DNA of 64,000 bases from an uncultured Acidobacteriota bacterium (GCA_963741955.1 CAVUKB010000013.1:32001-96000); one strand, 5' to 3'; counted from the first letter of the stretch, positions 42,356-54,787 are shown. Numbers and translations are program-made. Notes: generated by a model from the sequence alone, not told the origin.

Positions 42356-44890
42356 ATGTCCGATATCAATACTTCGAACGAACAGAGAATCCCCGTCAAT
42401 ATCGAAGACGAGATGCGCCGGTCGTATCTCGACTACGCGATGTCCGTCATCATCGGGCGCGCGCTTCCCGACGTACGCGACGGGCTCAAACCGGTCCATC
42501 GACGGATTCTCTACGGGATGTACGAGCAGGGAAACACCGCGAGCAAGGCGTACAAGAAGTCCGCCCGCATCGTCGGTGACGTGATGGGTAAGTTCCACCC
42601 TCACGGCGACAGTGCCATCTACGACACCGTCGTCCGGATGGCGCAGGACTTTTCCATGCGCTACCCGCTGATCGACGGGCAGGGGAACTTCGGATCGATC
42701 GACGGCGACAACGCCGCCGCCATGCGGTACACGGAAGTCCGCCTCACGAAGCTCGCCGAGGAGCTCCTTCGCGACGACATCGAGAAGGAGACCGTCGACT
42801 GGGTACCCAACTACGACGGCTCTCTCGAAGAGCCAGCCGTTCTTCCCGCCAAGTTCCCGAACCTTCTGGTCAACGGTGCCTCCGGGATCGCGGTCGGAAT
42901 GGCCACCAACATTCCCCCCCACAACATCGGGGAGGTGATCGATGCCTGTCTCCAGATGATCGAGAACCCCTCGATCACGACACTCGAGCTGATGAAGGTC
43001 CTCCCCGGCCCCGATTTTCCGACCGCGGGCTTCATCCACGGCATCGACGGGATTCGGGACGCGTACGAGACCGGCCGCGGCATCATCCAGCTCCGGGCTC
43101 GGGCCGAGATCGAGGAGATGGCGAAGAGCGAGCGTCAGGCCATCGTGGTCACCGAGATCCCGTTCATGACCAACAAAGCTCGTCTGATCGAGAAGATCGC
43201 CGAGCTGGTCCGGGACAAGCGGATCGACGGAATCTCGGATCTTCGAGACGAGTCCGATCGCGATGGAATCCGGATCGTCATCGAGCTCAAACGGGGTGAA
43301 GTCGGCGAGGTCGTTCTCAACAACCTCTACAAGAACACCCAGATGCAGACGACGTTCGGAATCATTTTCCTGGCGATCGTCGACAACCAGCCGCAGGTCC
43401 TCGGCCTCCGCGAGATGCTCCGCCATTTCATCGATCACCGTAAAGAGATCGTGATCAGACGGACTCGGTTCGAACTGCGCAAGGCCGAGGAGCGGGCCCA
43501 CATCCTCGAAGGTCTCACCCGCGCACTCGATCACCTCGATGAGGTCATCGCCCTGATCCGGTCGAGCGACTCACCCGATACGGCGAAGAGCGGCCTGATC
43601 GAGCGCTTCGACTTTTCCGCCATCCAGGCGCAGGCGATCCTCGACATGCGCCTGCAGCGCCTGACCAGTCTGGAGCGGGACAAGGTCGTCCGCGAGTACG
43701 AGGAGATTCTCGCCACGATTCAGAGGCTGAAGGAGATTCTCGGCTCCGAAGCGAAAATTCTCGAAATCATCGCCGGCGAGCTCTCCGAGATCAAGCGGCT
43801 CTACGGTGACGAGCGCCGGACCGAGATCATCCCGGAGATGTCCGACATCACGATCGAGGACATGATCGCCGAAGAAGACATGGTGATCACCGTCTCGCGT
43901 GGTGGCTACATCAAACGGTCCCCCCTCTCGCTCTATCGCGAGCAGAAGCGGGGCGGAAAAGGTCGGATCGGGATGGTCCCGAAGGAAGAGGACCTCGTTC
44001 AGCATCTGTTCGTCGCCTCCACGCACTCGTACATCCTCGTCTTCACCGATCGCGGAAGGCTTCACTGGCTCAAAGTTCACACCATCCCGGAGGTCAGTCC
44101 CTCAGCGAGAGGAAAGGCGATCGTCAATCTTCTCGAGGTCCAGGAAGGCGAGAGCGTCCGCGCCCTTCTCACGGTGAAAGACTTCACCGAAGCCGAGTAC
44201 GTCGTGATGGCGACGAGGAACGGCCGGATCAAGAAGACCGCGCTCTCCGCCTTCTCGAATCCGCGCGCGGCCGGGATCATCGCCATCGACATCAACGAAG
44301 GTGATGACCTCTACAGCGTGCAGCTCAGCGACGGCCAGTCGGAGATCTTCCTTGGAACCCACGACGGAAAGGCGATCCGATTCCGCGAGAGCGACGTCCG
44401 ACCGATGGGTCGCGGAGCCGCCGGCGTCAAGGGCATCACTCTTCGAGACGGCGACTCCCTGGTGGAGATGGACGTACTCACGGCCGCTTCCGCAGGGGAG
44501 ATCCTCACCATCACGGAGAACGGGTTCGGGAAGAGGACGGCGATCGACGAATACCGACTTCAGTCGCGCGGCGGATCGGGAGTGATCAACATCCGCACCA
44601 CTGAAAAGAACGGGAAAGTCGCGGCAATCCTCTGCGTGTCCGAGCAGGATCAGGTGCTTCTGATCACGCGCCAGGGGAAGATCATTCGAGTTGGCTGCGG
44701 GACGATTCGTTCCACGGGGCGCTCGACTCAGGGAGTGCGGGTCATCAATATCGACGAAGGTGACGCGGTCGTCGCTGCAGTGAAGGTCGTGGAAGAAGAA
44801 TCGGACGAAGAAGTGTCTCCCGACATCGAACAGGAAGAGCCCGGAAACGAGTCGGCGCTCCTCAATGACGACGACGAGACGGTGCACTGA
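42356..44890 (+). CDS. gyrA: DNA gyrase subunit A
   Basis: [32 protein letters not shown], GyrA box QKRGGKG, beta-pinwheel repeats. Confidence 0.98.
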   Translation: MSDINTSNEQRIPVNIEDEMRRSYLDYAMSVIIGRALPDVRDGLKPVHRRILYGMYEQGNTASKAYKKSARIVGDVMGKFHPHGDSAIYDTVVRMAQDFSMRYPLIDGQGNFGSIDGDNAAAMRYTEVRLTKLAEELLRDDIEKETVDWVPNYDGSLEEPAVLPAKFPNLLVNGASGIAVGMATNIPPHNIGEVIDACLQMIENPSITTLELMKVLPGPDFPTAGFIHGIDGIRDAYETGRGIIQLRARAEIEEMAKSERQAIVVTEIPFMTNKARLIEKIAELVRDKRIDGISDLRDESDRDGIRIVIELKRGEVGEVVLNNLYKNTQMQTTFGIIFLAIVDNQPQVLGLREMLRHFIDHRKEIVIRRTRFELRKAEERAHILEGLTRALDHLDEVIALIRSSDSPDTAKSGLIERFDFSAIQAQAILDMRLQRLTSLERDKVVREYEEILATIQRLKEILGSEAKILEIIAGELSEIKRLYGDERRTEIIPEMSDITIEDMIAEEDMVITVSRGGYIKRSPLSLYREQKRGGKGRIGMVPKEEDLVQHLFVASTHSYILVFTDRGRLHWLKVHTIPEVSPSARGKAIVNLLEVQEGESVRALLTVKDFTEAEYVVMATRNGRIKKTALSAFSNPRAAGIIAIDINEGDDLYSVQLSDGQSEIFLGTHDGKAIRFRESDVRPMGRGAAGVKGITLRDGDSLVEMDVLTAASAGEILTITENGFGKRTAIDEYRLQSRGGSGVINIRTTEKNGKVAAILCVSEQDQVLLITRQGKIIRVGCGTIRSTGRSTQGVRVINIDEGDAVVAAVKVVEEESDEEVSPDIEQEEPGNESALLNDDDETVH

Positions 44891-44957
44891 GTCGAAAATC
44901 CGCCGACCCCGATGTTCGGCAGGCATTCGAAACTCGATATCCGATGGCGGAGCGAAG

Positions 44958-45251
44958 ATGCACAGGTTGTCTCGGGACCGAATTCAATCTCTGGCACGCC
45001 TCGTCGCTGACGAGCTCGCCAGTCTCAAGGGCGTCCGCGTCCTGCGCGATACCGATGCAATTCGCCAATCCGTGGGACAGGCGTTGACGGAAGAAGCGAA
45101 GCGGGAAGAAGAAAAAGCGAAATTTGTGATCGACCAGATCACCAAAATGAGCGGTGCGCCCGCTCCCGGATCGCGCGAGTGGACCACGCTCTTCCAGAAA
45201 ATCTACGAATGCGAACCGAACGAAGCTCTCTCGCCCACCCAGGAGAGCTGA
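44958..45251 (+). CDS. DUF507-like small protein
   Basis: MHRLSRDRIQSLARLVADEL...PGSREWTTLFQKIYE resembles DUF507; GGAG RBS. Confidence 0.6.
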   Translation: MHRLSRDRIQSLARLVADELASLKGVRVLRDTDAIRQSVGQALTEEAKREEEKAKFVIDQITKMSGAPAPGSREWTTLFQKIYECEPNEALSPTQES

Positions 45252-45263
45252 TCGGCGACGATT

Positions 45264-45427
45264 GAAGCGCGCTTACAGATCGTCGATGCATGCCGCCTTT
45301 CTCACACTGGATGCAGACGGTTGCCCCAGTGTCGATTTGAACGCTTTGGGAGCACTCTCTGCTCGAACCTTCCATATGTGCCTGGAGCCCCCCGATCGGG
45401 GACGCACGCGAACCCACCAACCGCTTC
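45264..45427 (-). ncRNA. Candidate rod-shaped structured ncRNA (possibly 6S-like)
   Basis: Ends pair (GAAGCG/CGCUUC); internal GCUCCAG/CUGGGGC and GGUUCGAGC/GUUCAAAUC stems; pairing favours the minus strand; no credible CDS here. Confidence 0.3.
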
Positions 45428-45701
45428 TTTCCGGAATATTTATGCCGTTCTCGCTCGAAAGGTCCGCAGACCCTGTTCAGGACCACGACGGTTGGTACCA
45501 CGAATCAAGCTTGCAGGCTTGAATTTTCGCGGCCACAATCTCCATAGGATCGCGAGTCACGGAGAATGATGGCTTCGGACGACACGGAATCGGCAGTCGT
45601 TTCCAGGGAAGGTTCCTGACCCGCCAAATTGACCCTGAATCGGCGTTTCGGCTGGATCGACGGTCGGCGCGAGAAGAGATTCACGGCTTCCATGAGCGAA
45701 A

Positions 45702-46034
45702 CTATTGTTGTTTCGGATCCGGTTCCCGGAAGCCATCGTGAGGTGCGGATGACGGCTCTTCCCGCGGGGATGCACCGTCATCCTGCTCTGCCGATCGCGC
45801 GAGATCACGCCATTTCTGCGCCTTCATCCGCTCGAAAATTCCGCCGGCGTGTCCCGCGGGGATCCAACTATTGCCTCCGCACTTCGGGCATCGGTTCCTG
45901 AACGCGACATTCTTGCCGCAATCGGGACAGATGATCACCAGAGCGTGCGAGAGTTGAAGCTCCTGCTCACCCTCGTCATCGAGATCGCGGAGAAAATCCG
46001 CCAGGCTCTGAAAGGATTCCTGTAGCGAAGGCAT
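45702..46034 (-). CDS. Small zinc-ribbon hypothetical protein
   Basis: CPDCG...CPKCG; GAGG RBS upstream of ATG. Confidence 0.65.
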   Translation of the reverse strand: MPSLQESFQSLADFLRDLDDEGEQELQLSHALVIICPDCGKNVAFRNRCPKCGGNSWIPAGHAGGIFERMKAQKWRDLARSAEQDDGASPREEPSSAPHDGFREPDPKQQ

Positions 46035-46063
46035 CGCAGTTCGACCTCAAACACCCCGAAATT

Positions 46064-46079
46064 TGCACGGCACATGCCA
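46064..46079 (-). promoter_or_regulatory. Candidate sigma54 promoter
   Basis: TGGCAT-GTGCC-GTGCA (GG-N10-GC) about 30 nt upstream of ATG 46034. Confidence 0.5.
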
Positions 46080-46109
46080 CGCCGCTTCCGGCGGCATCCC
46101 GAGAGGTGG

Positions 46110-47609
46110 TCAGACCTTCATCACGTCGTACTGCTCGTGGTGCAGGTTGTCGTCCGGTTTGAAGAGCAGATGGATGTTCAGAAGTCGTTCGACCTCGTCG
46201 AAGATCTGGTTCTTCTCGTGCTGGAGCGCTGCGTAGATCTCCGGATTCACACGCACGATGAGTTCCTCGCCCTCGTGCACGTCGCGAAGCTTGATCAGAT
46301 CGCGCCAGATCTCCAGGACCACCGTGGTGTTCGACTTGATCCGACCGCTTCCACCGCAGTAGGGACAGGCCTGCGTCAGCGATCTTTCGAGACTCTGCCT
46401 CACCCGCTTCCGCGTCATCTCGACCAGGCCGAACTCGGAGATCTGCAGGATCTTCGTCTTCGAGCGGTCCTTTCGAATCTCTTCCTCGAGAGCACGGAAG
46501 ACACTCTCCCTGTTCTCGAGATCTTCCATATCGATGAAGTCGAGGACGATGATTCCGCCGAGGTCCCGCAACCTCACCTGGCGCACGATCTCACGGATCG
46601 CTTCGAGGTTTGTACGGTAAACGGTTTCCTCGAGGTTCTTCTTGCCGACGTATTTCCCGGTGTTCACGTCGATCGCGACGAGAGCCTCGGTCTGATTGAT
46701 GACGATGTAGCCGCCGGACTTGAGCCAGACCTTCGACTTCAGGGCACGCTCGATCTCCGTCTCGACGTTGAATTCTTCGAAGATCGGCTCCTCCCGGCGG
46801 TACAGCCGGACGCGCGAAACCAGGTTGGGCTGGATCTGGTCGAGGAACTCCACGATCCTCTGATACTCGTCGATGGAGTCGACCCAGACCGTCATGAAGT
46901 CAGGAGTGAGAACGTCCCGGATCGTTCGCAGGACGAGATCGAGCTCGAAGTGGACCGCAGTCGGTGCGGATGCCTTTTCCGCCCGATGCCGGATCTGCCC
47001 CCAAAGCTCGGTCAGGTACTTCATGTCCGCGACGAAGTCCTCTTCCGAACGTCCCTCGCCGGCCGTCCGGATGATGAATCCTCCGGGACCGCTGCGGATC
47101 GTCTCGAGGATCCCTTTCAACCGGACCCGTTCCTCCTCATTCTCGATCCGGCGGGATACTCCGATGTGATTCACGGTCGGCATGTACACGAGGAAACGGC
47201 CGGGAAGGGTGATGTGGGTCGTGATCCGGGCACCTTTTCCGGCGATGCTCTCCTTCGAAACTTGAACCACGATCTCCTGCCCTTCGCGAAGAAGATCGGA
47301 GATCGAAGCCTCGGTTCGGGGAGGAGCCGCGTCCTCATCGAAATGGATGTCCTCGGTCGCTTCTGTCTCGTACTCCTCGAACTCCTCGATCACGTCCGAG
47401 ACGTAGAGGAACGCGTCGCGCTCGAGACCGAGATTGACGAAGGCGGACTGCATCCCCGGGAGGACCTTGGTCACCCGACCCTTATAGATGTTCCCGACGA
47501 TGGTCCGCTGCCGGTGGCGCTCGACCCAGAGCTCGACGACCTGTCCCTCGTCGAGCACCGCGATCCGCGACTCGTGCTTGGTGGCATTGATGACGATTTC
47601 GTGTGACAC
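46110..47609 (-). CDS. rng: Rne/Rng family ribonuclease (RNase G)
   Basis: GNIYKGRVTKVLPGMQSAFV, AIDVNTG, RLRDLGGIIVLDFIDM, GLVEMTRKR, CPYCGGSG; start re-set to GTG 47609. Confidence 0.93.
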   Translation of the reverse strand: MSHEIVINATKHESRIAVLDEGQVVELWVERHRQRTIVGNIYKGRVTKVLPGMQSAFVNLGLERDAFLYVSDVIEEFEEYETEATEDIHFDEDAAPPRTEASISDLLREGQEIVVQVSKESIAGKGARITTHITLPGRFLVYMPTVNHIGVSRRIENEEERVRLKGILETIRSGPGGFIIRTAGEGRSEEDFVADMKYLTELWGQIRHRAEKASAPTAVHFELDLVLRTIRDVLTPDFMTVWVDSIDEYQRIVEFLDQIQPNLVSRVRLYRREEPIFEEFNVETEIERALKSKVWLKSGGYIVINQTEALVAIDVNTGKYVGKKNLEETVYRTNLEAIREIVRQVRLRDLGGIIVLDFIDMEDLENRESVFRALEEEIRKDRSKTKILQISEFGLVEMTRKRVRQSLERSLTQACPYCGGSGRIKSNTTVVLEIWRDLIKLRDVHEGEELIVRVNPEIYAALQHEKNQIFDEVERLLNIHLLFKPDDNLHHEQYDVMKV

Positions 47610-47690
47610 GCGGCGTGATTGTACCCGAGTGCGGCTGCGGGTGCGGTGGAAGGATCGATCCGGTAGAATCGCCGCCCGGAGAACCGAGCG

Positions 47691-48167
47691 ATGAGAGTAC
47701 CGATCTACTTCTCGGCCTCGATCAGCGGAGGCCGATCCGATGTCCCCCTCTACCGGAGGATCGTGGATCATCTGAGCGCGAGAGGGCATCGCATCTACGC
47801 CGAACACGTCGCCGATGCTTCCCTCCGAGCCGACGGGGAGACCGTCACCCCTGAAGAGATCTTCCGCCGCGATCTCGATTGGATCGAGGAGGTGGCCAAA
47901 TCCGGCGGCGCGTTGGTGGCCGAGGTCTCCATGCCGTCGATCGGCGTCGGGTACGAGATCGCAGCCGCGCGCTACCGGTTCGGGATGCCGGTGGTCTGCC
48001 TCTACCGGCCGGCCCACACCAGGCGCTGCTCGGCCATGGTCAGCGGCGACCGCGAGATCACTCTCCTGGCTTACGAGGAAGACTCCCTGGACCAACTGCT
48101 CGACGCGCTCGGGAAGAGACTCGACGAAACACGCGGGGCGACTTCCGTCCGCGGCTCGATCCGGTGA
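47691..48167 (+). CDS. Nucleoside 2-deoxyribosyltransferase family (DNPH1/Rcl-like)
   Basis: IYFSASISGGR, IFRRDLDWI, VAEVSMPSIGVGYEI, SAMVSG. Confidence 0.85.
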   Translation: MRVPIYFSASISGGRSDVPLYRRIVDHLSARGHRIYAEHVADASLRADGETVTPEEIFRRDLDWIEEVAKSGGALVAEVSMPSIGVGYEIAAARYRFGMPVVCLYRPAHTRRCSAMVSGDREITLLAYEEDSLDQLLDALGKRLDETRGATSVRGSIR

Positions 48168-48204
48168 ATAAACCGGCTTCCGAGCGGGTTATTCACGGCG
48201 CTGC

Positions 48205-48240
48205 TTGACGCGCCACGGGGGCTCTGCTATTTTGCGGCGC
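48205..48240 (+). promoter_or_regulatory. Sigma70 promoter of tRNA-Asn
   Basis: TTGACG-17 nt-TATTTT with TG extension and GC-rich discriminator. Confidence 0.7.
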
Positions 48241-48260
48241 CGCTGCTTCCCCGGCAGTAC

Positions 48261-48336
48261 TCCGGCATAGCTCAGTTGGTAGAGCAACGGACTGTTAATC
48301 CGTGGGTCGTAGGTTCGAGTCCTACTGCCGGAGCCA
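48261..48336 (+). tRNA. tRNA-Asn(GTT)
   Basis: TCCGGCA/TGCCGGA acceptor stem, AGCTCAGTTGGTAGAGC D arm, ACGGA-CTGTTAA-TCCGT anticodon arm, GTTCGAGT T loop, encoded CCA. Confidence 0.98.
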
Positions 48337-48351
48337 GATACGAAACCAACG

Positions 48352-48384
48352 ACGGCCACCGAATTCAGGTGGCCGTTTCCTTTT
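48352..48384 (+). terminator. Intrinsic terminator after tRNA-Asn
   Basis: ACGGCCACC-gaattca-GGTGGCCGT followed by TTCCTTTT. Confidence 0.75.
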
Positions 48385-48390
48385 CCCCGA

Positions 48391-49791
48391 CTACTCCGTG
48401 GCCTTTGCCTTCACGTCCGGGGCGACCTGGGCAATCGAGACGGACTTGACGTTCACGAACTCCCGGATTCCGAATACGCCCAGTTCTCGGCCGTATCCCG
48501 AATGTTTGATGCCGCCGAACGGGAGTCGCGGGTCGGACGCCACCATCGAATTGATGAACACCTGACCGGCCGCGATCCCGTCGATGAACAGCTTCTGTTC
48601 ACCCGGATCGTTCGTCCACGCCGCTGAGCCGAGGCCGAACCGGGTGTCGTTGGCGACTTCCAGCGCCTCTTCGGCGTTCGCGACTCGGAAGAAGGCCGCG
48701 ACGGGACCGAAAAGCTCCTCGCAGGCTGCGGCGCTGTCGCGAGGCACGTCGACCAGGACCGTCGGCTCGAAGAAGTTTCCCGGCCTGTCCACAATCTTTC
48801 CGCCGAGGAGCAGCCTTGCCCCCGCATCGACGGAACGCTTCACCTGATCCTGGAGCTCCTCGGCGATCTGCCGGGTCGCGAGCGGACCGATGTCGGTCCC
48901 CGGCTCGAGAGGATCGCCGATCTTCAGAGTTCTCATCCGTTCGACGAACTGTTCGATGTACCGGTCGGCGATCTCGCGGTGGACGATGAAGCGTTTGGCC
49001 GCGATACATGACTGTCCGTTGTTGATCGTCCTCGCGCTGACGCCAACCTTCGCGGCAGCGTCCAGATCAGCCGAGGGCATGATGATGAAGGGATCGCTTC
49101 CCCCGAGCTCGAGAACCACTTTCTTGAGCTGGCGGCCTGCGATCTCGGCCACATTGCGGCCCGCCGGCTCGCTTCCGGTGAGCGTCGCCGCGGCGATTCT
49201 GGAGTCCTCGAGCAGCTGTCGGACCTGAGACGACCCGATCAGAAGAGTCTGAAAGCATCCCTCGGGAAACCCGGCGCGGAGGAGGATCTCCTCGATCGCC
49301 ATCGCGCACTGAGGAACATTCGATGAGTGCTTCAACAGGCCCACGTTCCCCGCCATGAGGCCGGGCGCGACGAACCTGAACACCTGCCAGAAGGGAAAGT
49401 TCCACGGCATGATGGCGAGGACGACGCCGAGCGGCTGATAGCGTACGAAGCTCTGCCGGGCATCGGTGGCGATCGTTTCGTCGGCGAGGAACTCCTCGGC
49501 GTGGTCCGCGTAATAGCGGCAGACCCAGGCACACTTTTTCGCTTCGGAGATGGCAGCCTGGATCGGTTTTCCCATCTCCAGGGACATGAGGCGACCCCAC
49601 CGGTCCGCCTCGTCCTCCAGAATCCTCCCCGCTCGTCGCATCTTCTCGCTGCGGCTGGAAAACGGCTCGAGCCTCCACGACCGAAACCGCTCTGCGCCCC
49701 GGCCGATCGCCCGGTCGATACCCTCGGGGGTGAGAGGTTCGAAGACCTCCAGCGTTTCATCGGTTGCGGGGTTGATGCTGGCGATCGACAT
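48391..49791 (-). CDS. NAD(P)-dependent succinate-semialdehyde dehydrogenase-type aldehyde dehydrogenase
   Basis: IMPWNFPFWQ, LTGSEPAG, LELGGSDP, NNGQSCIAAK, EELFGP, PFGGIKHSGYGREL. Confidence 0.9.
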   Translation of the reverse strand: MSIASINPATDETLEVFEPLTPEGIDRAIGRGAERFRSWRLEPFSSRSEKMRRAGRILEDEADRWGRLMSLEMGKPIQAAISEAKKCAWVCRYYADHAEEFLADETIATDARQSFVRYQPLGVVLAIMPWNFPFWQVFRFVAPGLMAGNVGLLKHSSNVPQCAMAIEEILLRAGFPEGCFQTLLIGSSQVRQLLEDSRIAAATLTGSEPAGRNVAEIAGRQLKKVVLELGGSDPFIIMPSADLDAAAKVGVSARTINNGQSCIAAKRFIVHREIADRYIEQFVERMRTLKIGDPLEPGTDIGPLATRQIAEELQDQVKRSVDAGARLLLGGKIVDRPGNFFEPTVLVDVPRDSAAACEELFGPVAAFFRVANAEEALEVANDTRFGLGSAAWTNDPGEQKLFIDGIAAGQVFINSMVASDPRLPFGGIKHSGYGRELGVFGIREFVNVKSVSIAQVAPDVKAKATE

Positions 49792-50019
49792 CGTAATCCT
49801 CCGTGCACAAAACCTCGGTTAGCATATCGCAAGGCGACAGAGGGAAAGAGAAGCAAGGTATGTGCGAGGACCCTCCCGCGACCGCGGGACGGCACTCTCC
49901 GAACCGATCCGTCCACTCCAGGGAGGGTCCATCGACGGGACTCTTCCGCATTCGGTTCTCTTTCCCGAGAGAATGAGTTAATCTGAAGGAAACGCTTTAC
50001 TAAACAGGCATTCACGAAT

Positions 50020-50720
50020 ATGGGAAGACCGCCAATCATCGACCGCAATACGCTCCTCGAAACAGCGCGCGAGCAGTTCGCCCGAAAAGGATACCGCTCC
50101 ACGACTCTCGCCGACATCGCGACACGGATGGGGGTCACGCCTGCCGCACTGCTTCGGCACGTGAAATCGAAGGAAAAACTCTTCGTCGAATCGATGCGCG
50201 CGGGGCGCCAGGAGCTTCCCGATTTCATCGTCGAGCTCGAAGCGACGCCTGGTGACGCCGACCCTCGAGAAGTGCTCGAGCGGTTCGCGAAGGCGTTCGT
50301 TCCCTACGTCCAGAGCAAGATGGACGAGAACATCAGCGTCTATACCGGCTCACGGTCGGGAGCGGTCCGCGGAGCGTCACGACTGAAGAAGGGAGAGTCC
50401 GGGCCTGCTCGGGCGCTGACGGTTCTCGAGGGGTACATCCGCCGAGCTGCGCGCGCCGGACGGCTCACCGTGAACAACGCGGGCGATGCGGCACTCTCCC
50501 TGATCGCATCGCTGCACGGCTACGTCTACTTTCACCAGGTGCTTCACGTGGTGGAACACCCGATGAAGCTACGACGCTACGTCGGTACGGTGCTGGATAT
50601 CTGGGGCTCGGCAAGCTTCACCCCGAAAAAGAAAGCAGGCGCCGCGAAAAGTGGTTCGAATAGACGCTCTCCGTCAAAAGGTCCGGACCGCCAATCTTCG
50701 CGTGGCCGCTCCGGGAACGC

Positions 50721-50733
<13 letters not shown>
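50020..50733 (+). CDS. TetR/AcrR family transcriptional regulator
   Basis: MGRPP...[39 protein letters not shown]. Confidence 0.88.
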
Positions 50734-52127
<1,394 letters not shown>

Positions 52128-52128
52128 G

Positions 52129-52668
52129 TCAGAGGCTCTCGACCGTGATGTGGTCGTTCGTGTAAATGCAGATGGAGGCAGCGATCTTCATCGCCTCAGT
52201 GGCGATCTCCGCAGCTCCCAGCTCCGTGTGATTGACCAGCGCGCGTGCCGCGGCGAGCGCGTATGGGCCTCCGGACCCGATCGCGAGGAGGCCGTCGTCG
52301 GGTTGAATCAGATCGCCGGTCCCCGACAGGAGATACGACTTCTCTCCATTCGCGACGATGAGAAAGGCCTGAAGTTGCCGGAGGTACTTGTCCAGTCTCC
52401 AGTCTTTCGCCAACTCGACGACGGAGCGTTCCATGTTTCCGTGATACTCCTCGAGTTTCCCTTCGAAGCGGGAGAAGAGCGCGAAGGCATCGGCTGCGGA
52501 GCCGGCGAATCCCGCCAGGATCTTGTCCTGATACAAGCGACGCACCTTCGCAGCGCCGTGTTTCATGACCGTGTTCCCGACGGTCACCTGGCCGTCGCCG
52601 GCCATCGCGACCTGATCGCCGCGACGAACGCAAATCACGGTTGTTGCGTGCACGTTCCAGTCCTTCAT
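52129..52668 (-). CDS. hslV: ATP-dependent protease peptidase subunit HslV
   Basis: [40 protein letters not shown]. Confidence 0.97.
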   Translation of the reverse strand: MKDWNVHATTVICVRRGDQVAMAGDGQVTVGNTVMKHGAAKVRRLYQDKILAGFAGSAADAFALFSRFEGKLEEYHGNMERSVVELAKDWRLDKYLRQLQAFLIVANGEKSYLLSGTGDLIQPDDGLLAIGSGGPYALAAARALVNHTELGAAEIATEAMKIAASICIYTNDHITVESL

Positions 52669-52777
52669 TTCCATGATCCTACCAGACCACCTCCCGCGGC
52701 CTCGCCTATCCGTTTACGGACAGACGGTCCGAAGAGTTTCGCGGTGCGACCGCACCGGGCACGTCGCCCGAACCCGC

Positions 52778-53662
52778 CTATTGCATCGCGTTGGGAAGGA
52801 AGGTGGCAAGCTCCTCCGCAGACGCGAAGCGTGCGAAATCATCCGGAACGGGAGCGACGTACGTTCCGAACGATGGGAGCTCGAGCAACCAGGCATGGAG
52901 CATCGGACGCACCGCGTTATCGCGGAACCCTCCGCCGTATTTGCGATCTCCCGCCACCGGATTGCCGATCGAGGCGAGGTGAACCCGGATCTGGTGAGTG
53001 CGGCCGCTCCGGAGTGTTGCCTCGATCAGCGAAAATCCGGAGCTCCGTCCGAGCGGACGGATGAGGGTCACCGCGGGACGTCCGGCGGGATCGGCCCGGA
53101 ACCGGCTCGCCGATTCACGCGCGATCGGCAGATCGATCTCGACGGGCTCCTCGACAGCTCCATGCACGATCGAGAGATAGACCTTCTTCGGGTTCTCCGA
53201 CGCGAAGATCCGCGAGAGCGTCGCGGCCGCAGCGCGGCTGCGCGCGAACACGAGCACCCCACTCGTTCCGGTGTCGAGCCGGTGGACGATGAAGAGCTCA
53301 TCCGGCTGCCGTTCGCGACGAAGCATCGACGCGACGATCTCGGATGCTGCGGGCGGTCCCTGCTGGGCCGCGGGTTGAGTCGGAATTCCGGAAGGCTTCG
53401 CGACGGCGACGACTCCCGATTCGTTCGCGACGATCGGAACGACGAAATCGGGCGCGAGAATGGAGAGGCGGTCGCCGGGAGAGACCGCCCGCGACGCGAC
53501 AGAGACCGGCCGGCCGTTGATGGTCACCAGTCCGGCGTCGATCCGCCGGCGTGCTTCACGGCGCGAGAGCTCGACCGGGCCGCGGATGAGAGCGAGGTCG
53601 AGCCGCTCGGGCGCTTCTCCCGGAAACGAGAAAGACCAGCCGGCAGGATGATCCGGGTTCAT
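52778..53662 (-). CDS. RluA/RluD family pseudouridine synthase
   Basis: S4-like N-terminus, KPSG, HRLDTGTSG, GRTHQIRVH, GDRKYG, LHA. Confidence 0.9.
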   Translation of the reverse strand: MNPDHPAGWSFSFPGEAPERLDLALIRGPVELSRREARRRIDAGLVTINGRPVSVASRAVSPGDRLSILAPDFVVPIVANESGVVAVAKPSGIPTQPAAQQGPPAASEIVASMLRRERQPDELFIVHRLDTGTSGVLVFARSRAAAATLSRIFASENPKKVYLSIVHGAVEEPVEIDLPIARESASRFRADPAGRPAVTLIRPLGRSSGFSLIEATLRSGRTHQIRVHLASIGNPVAGDRKYGGGFRDNAVRPMLHAWLLELPSFGTYVAPVPDDFARFASAEELATFLPNAMQ

Positions 53663-53675
53663 GAGATCGTCCGGG

Positions 53676-53705
53676 GAAAAGAAAAGGCGCCGGAACGGCG
53701 CCTTT
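53676..53705 (-). terminator. Intrinsic terminator of recA
   Basis: Minus strand AAAGGCGCCG-ttc-CGGCGCCTTT followed by TCTTTT. Confidence 0.8.
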
Positions 53706-53728
53706 CCGGATCTCGGGAGATCGACGAC

Positions 53729-54787
53729 TTACTTTGCGGCAACTTTTTCCTTCTTCGGATCGCCGCCTTCGATCACGGTCAGTTCGGTGAAATTGATTCC
53801 GAGCGCTCTCCGGACCTTCCCCTCGATCTCCTTTTCGAGATCGGGGTTCTCGCGCAGGAACTGCTTCGAATTCTCTCGGCCCTGTCCGAGCCTCATGTCT
53901 CCGTACGAGAACCACGATCCGGACTTCTCGACGATCTTCTGCTCGATGCCGATATCGAGAATCTCCCCTTCCTTCGACACGCCCTCGCCGTAATTCACGT
54001 CGAATTCGGCCTGGCGGAAGGGAGCGGCACACTTGTTCTTCACGACTTTCACCTTCACGCGGTTTCCGGTCACCTCGTCGCCGTCCTTGATCTGCGTGGT
54101 GCGGCGGATCTCGAGGCGGACCGACGAGTAGAACTTGAGTGCACGACCGCCGGTGGTGGTTTCCGGATTGCCGAACATCACTCCGATCTTCTCCCGGATC
54201 TGGTTGATGAAGACCAGGCAGGTGTGCGATTTCGACACGATGCCGGTCAGCTTGCGCAACGCTTGCGACATCAGCCGTGCCTGAAGCCCGACGTGGCTGT
54301 CGCCCATCTCACCTTCGAGCTCGGCTCGTGGAACGAGCGCTGCGACAGAGTCGACGACGATGACGTCGACCGCGCCGGAGCGGACCAGAACCTCCGCGAT
54401 CTCGAGTGCCTGCTCACCACTGTCGGGCTGCGAGACGAGGAGGTTGTCGATGTCGACTCCGAGCTTCTTCGCGTATTCGGCATCGAGAGCGTGCTCCGCG
54501 TCGATGAATGCTGCGAGTCCCCCGACTTTCTGCGCTTCGGCGATCACGTGGAGCGAGAGAGTCGTCTTGCCGGATGATTCCGGACCGTAGATCTCGACGA
54601 TCCGTCCCCGCGGTACGCCACCGACTCCGAGTGCCGCGTCGACACCGATCGAACCGGTGGAGATCGAGGCGATTCCGGAGACTTCGCGCTGCCCGAGTCT
54701 CATGATCGAGCCCTTGCCGAACTGGCGTTCGATCTGGGAGACGGCGCTGTCGGCGGCTTTCATCTTGTCTGCTGGTATCGTGGCCAT
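53729..54787 (-). CDS. recA: Recombinase RecA
   Basis: [50 protein letters not shown]. Confidence 0.99.
   Translation of the reverse strand: MATIPADKMKAADSAVSQIERQFGKGSIMRLGQREVSGIASISTGSIGVDAALGVGGVPRGRIVEIYGPESSGKTTLSLHVIAEAQKVGGLAAFIDAEHALDAEYAKKLGVDIDNLLVSQPDSGEQALEIAEVLVRSGAVDVIVVDSVAALVPRAELEGEMGDSHVGLQARLMSQALRKLTGIVSKSHTCLVFINQIREKIGVMFGNPETTTGGRALKFYSSVRLEIRRTTQIKDGDEVTGNRVKVKVVKNKCAAPFRQAEFDVNYGEGVSKEGEILDIGIEQKIVEKSGSWFSYGDMRLGQGRENSKQFLRENPDLEKEIEGKVRRALGINFTELTVIEGGDPKKEKVAAK

Noticed and set aside
45139-45901. Overlapping 60-120 aa ORFs between the DUF507-like and zinc-ribbon genes
   Set aside because: No RBS, motifs or coding-like composition; the region is better explained as non-coding.
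47610-48095. N-terminal extension of the 661 aa rng ORF
   Set aside because: It overlaps the opposite-strand glycosidase gene; RNase G homology starts at GTG 47609 just after a TACAAT box.
48261-48400. Integrated element or prophage at tRNA-Asn
   Set aside because: No integrase, no duplicated tRNA 3' end seen in the window, and housekeeping genes follow directly.
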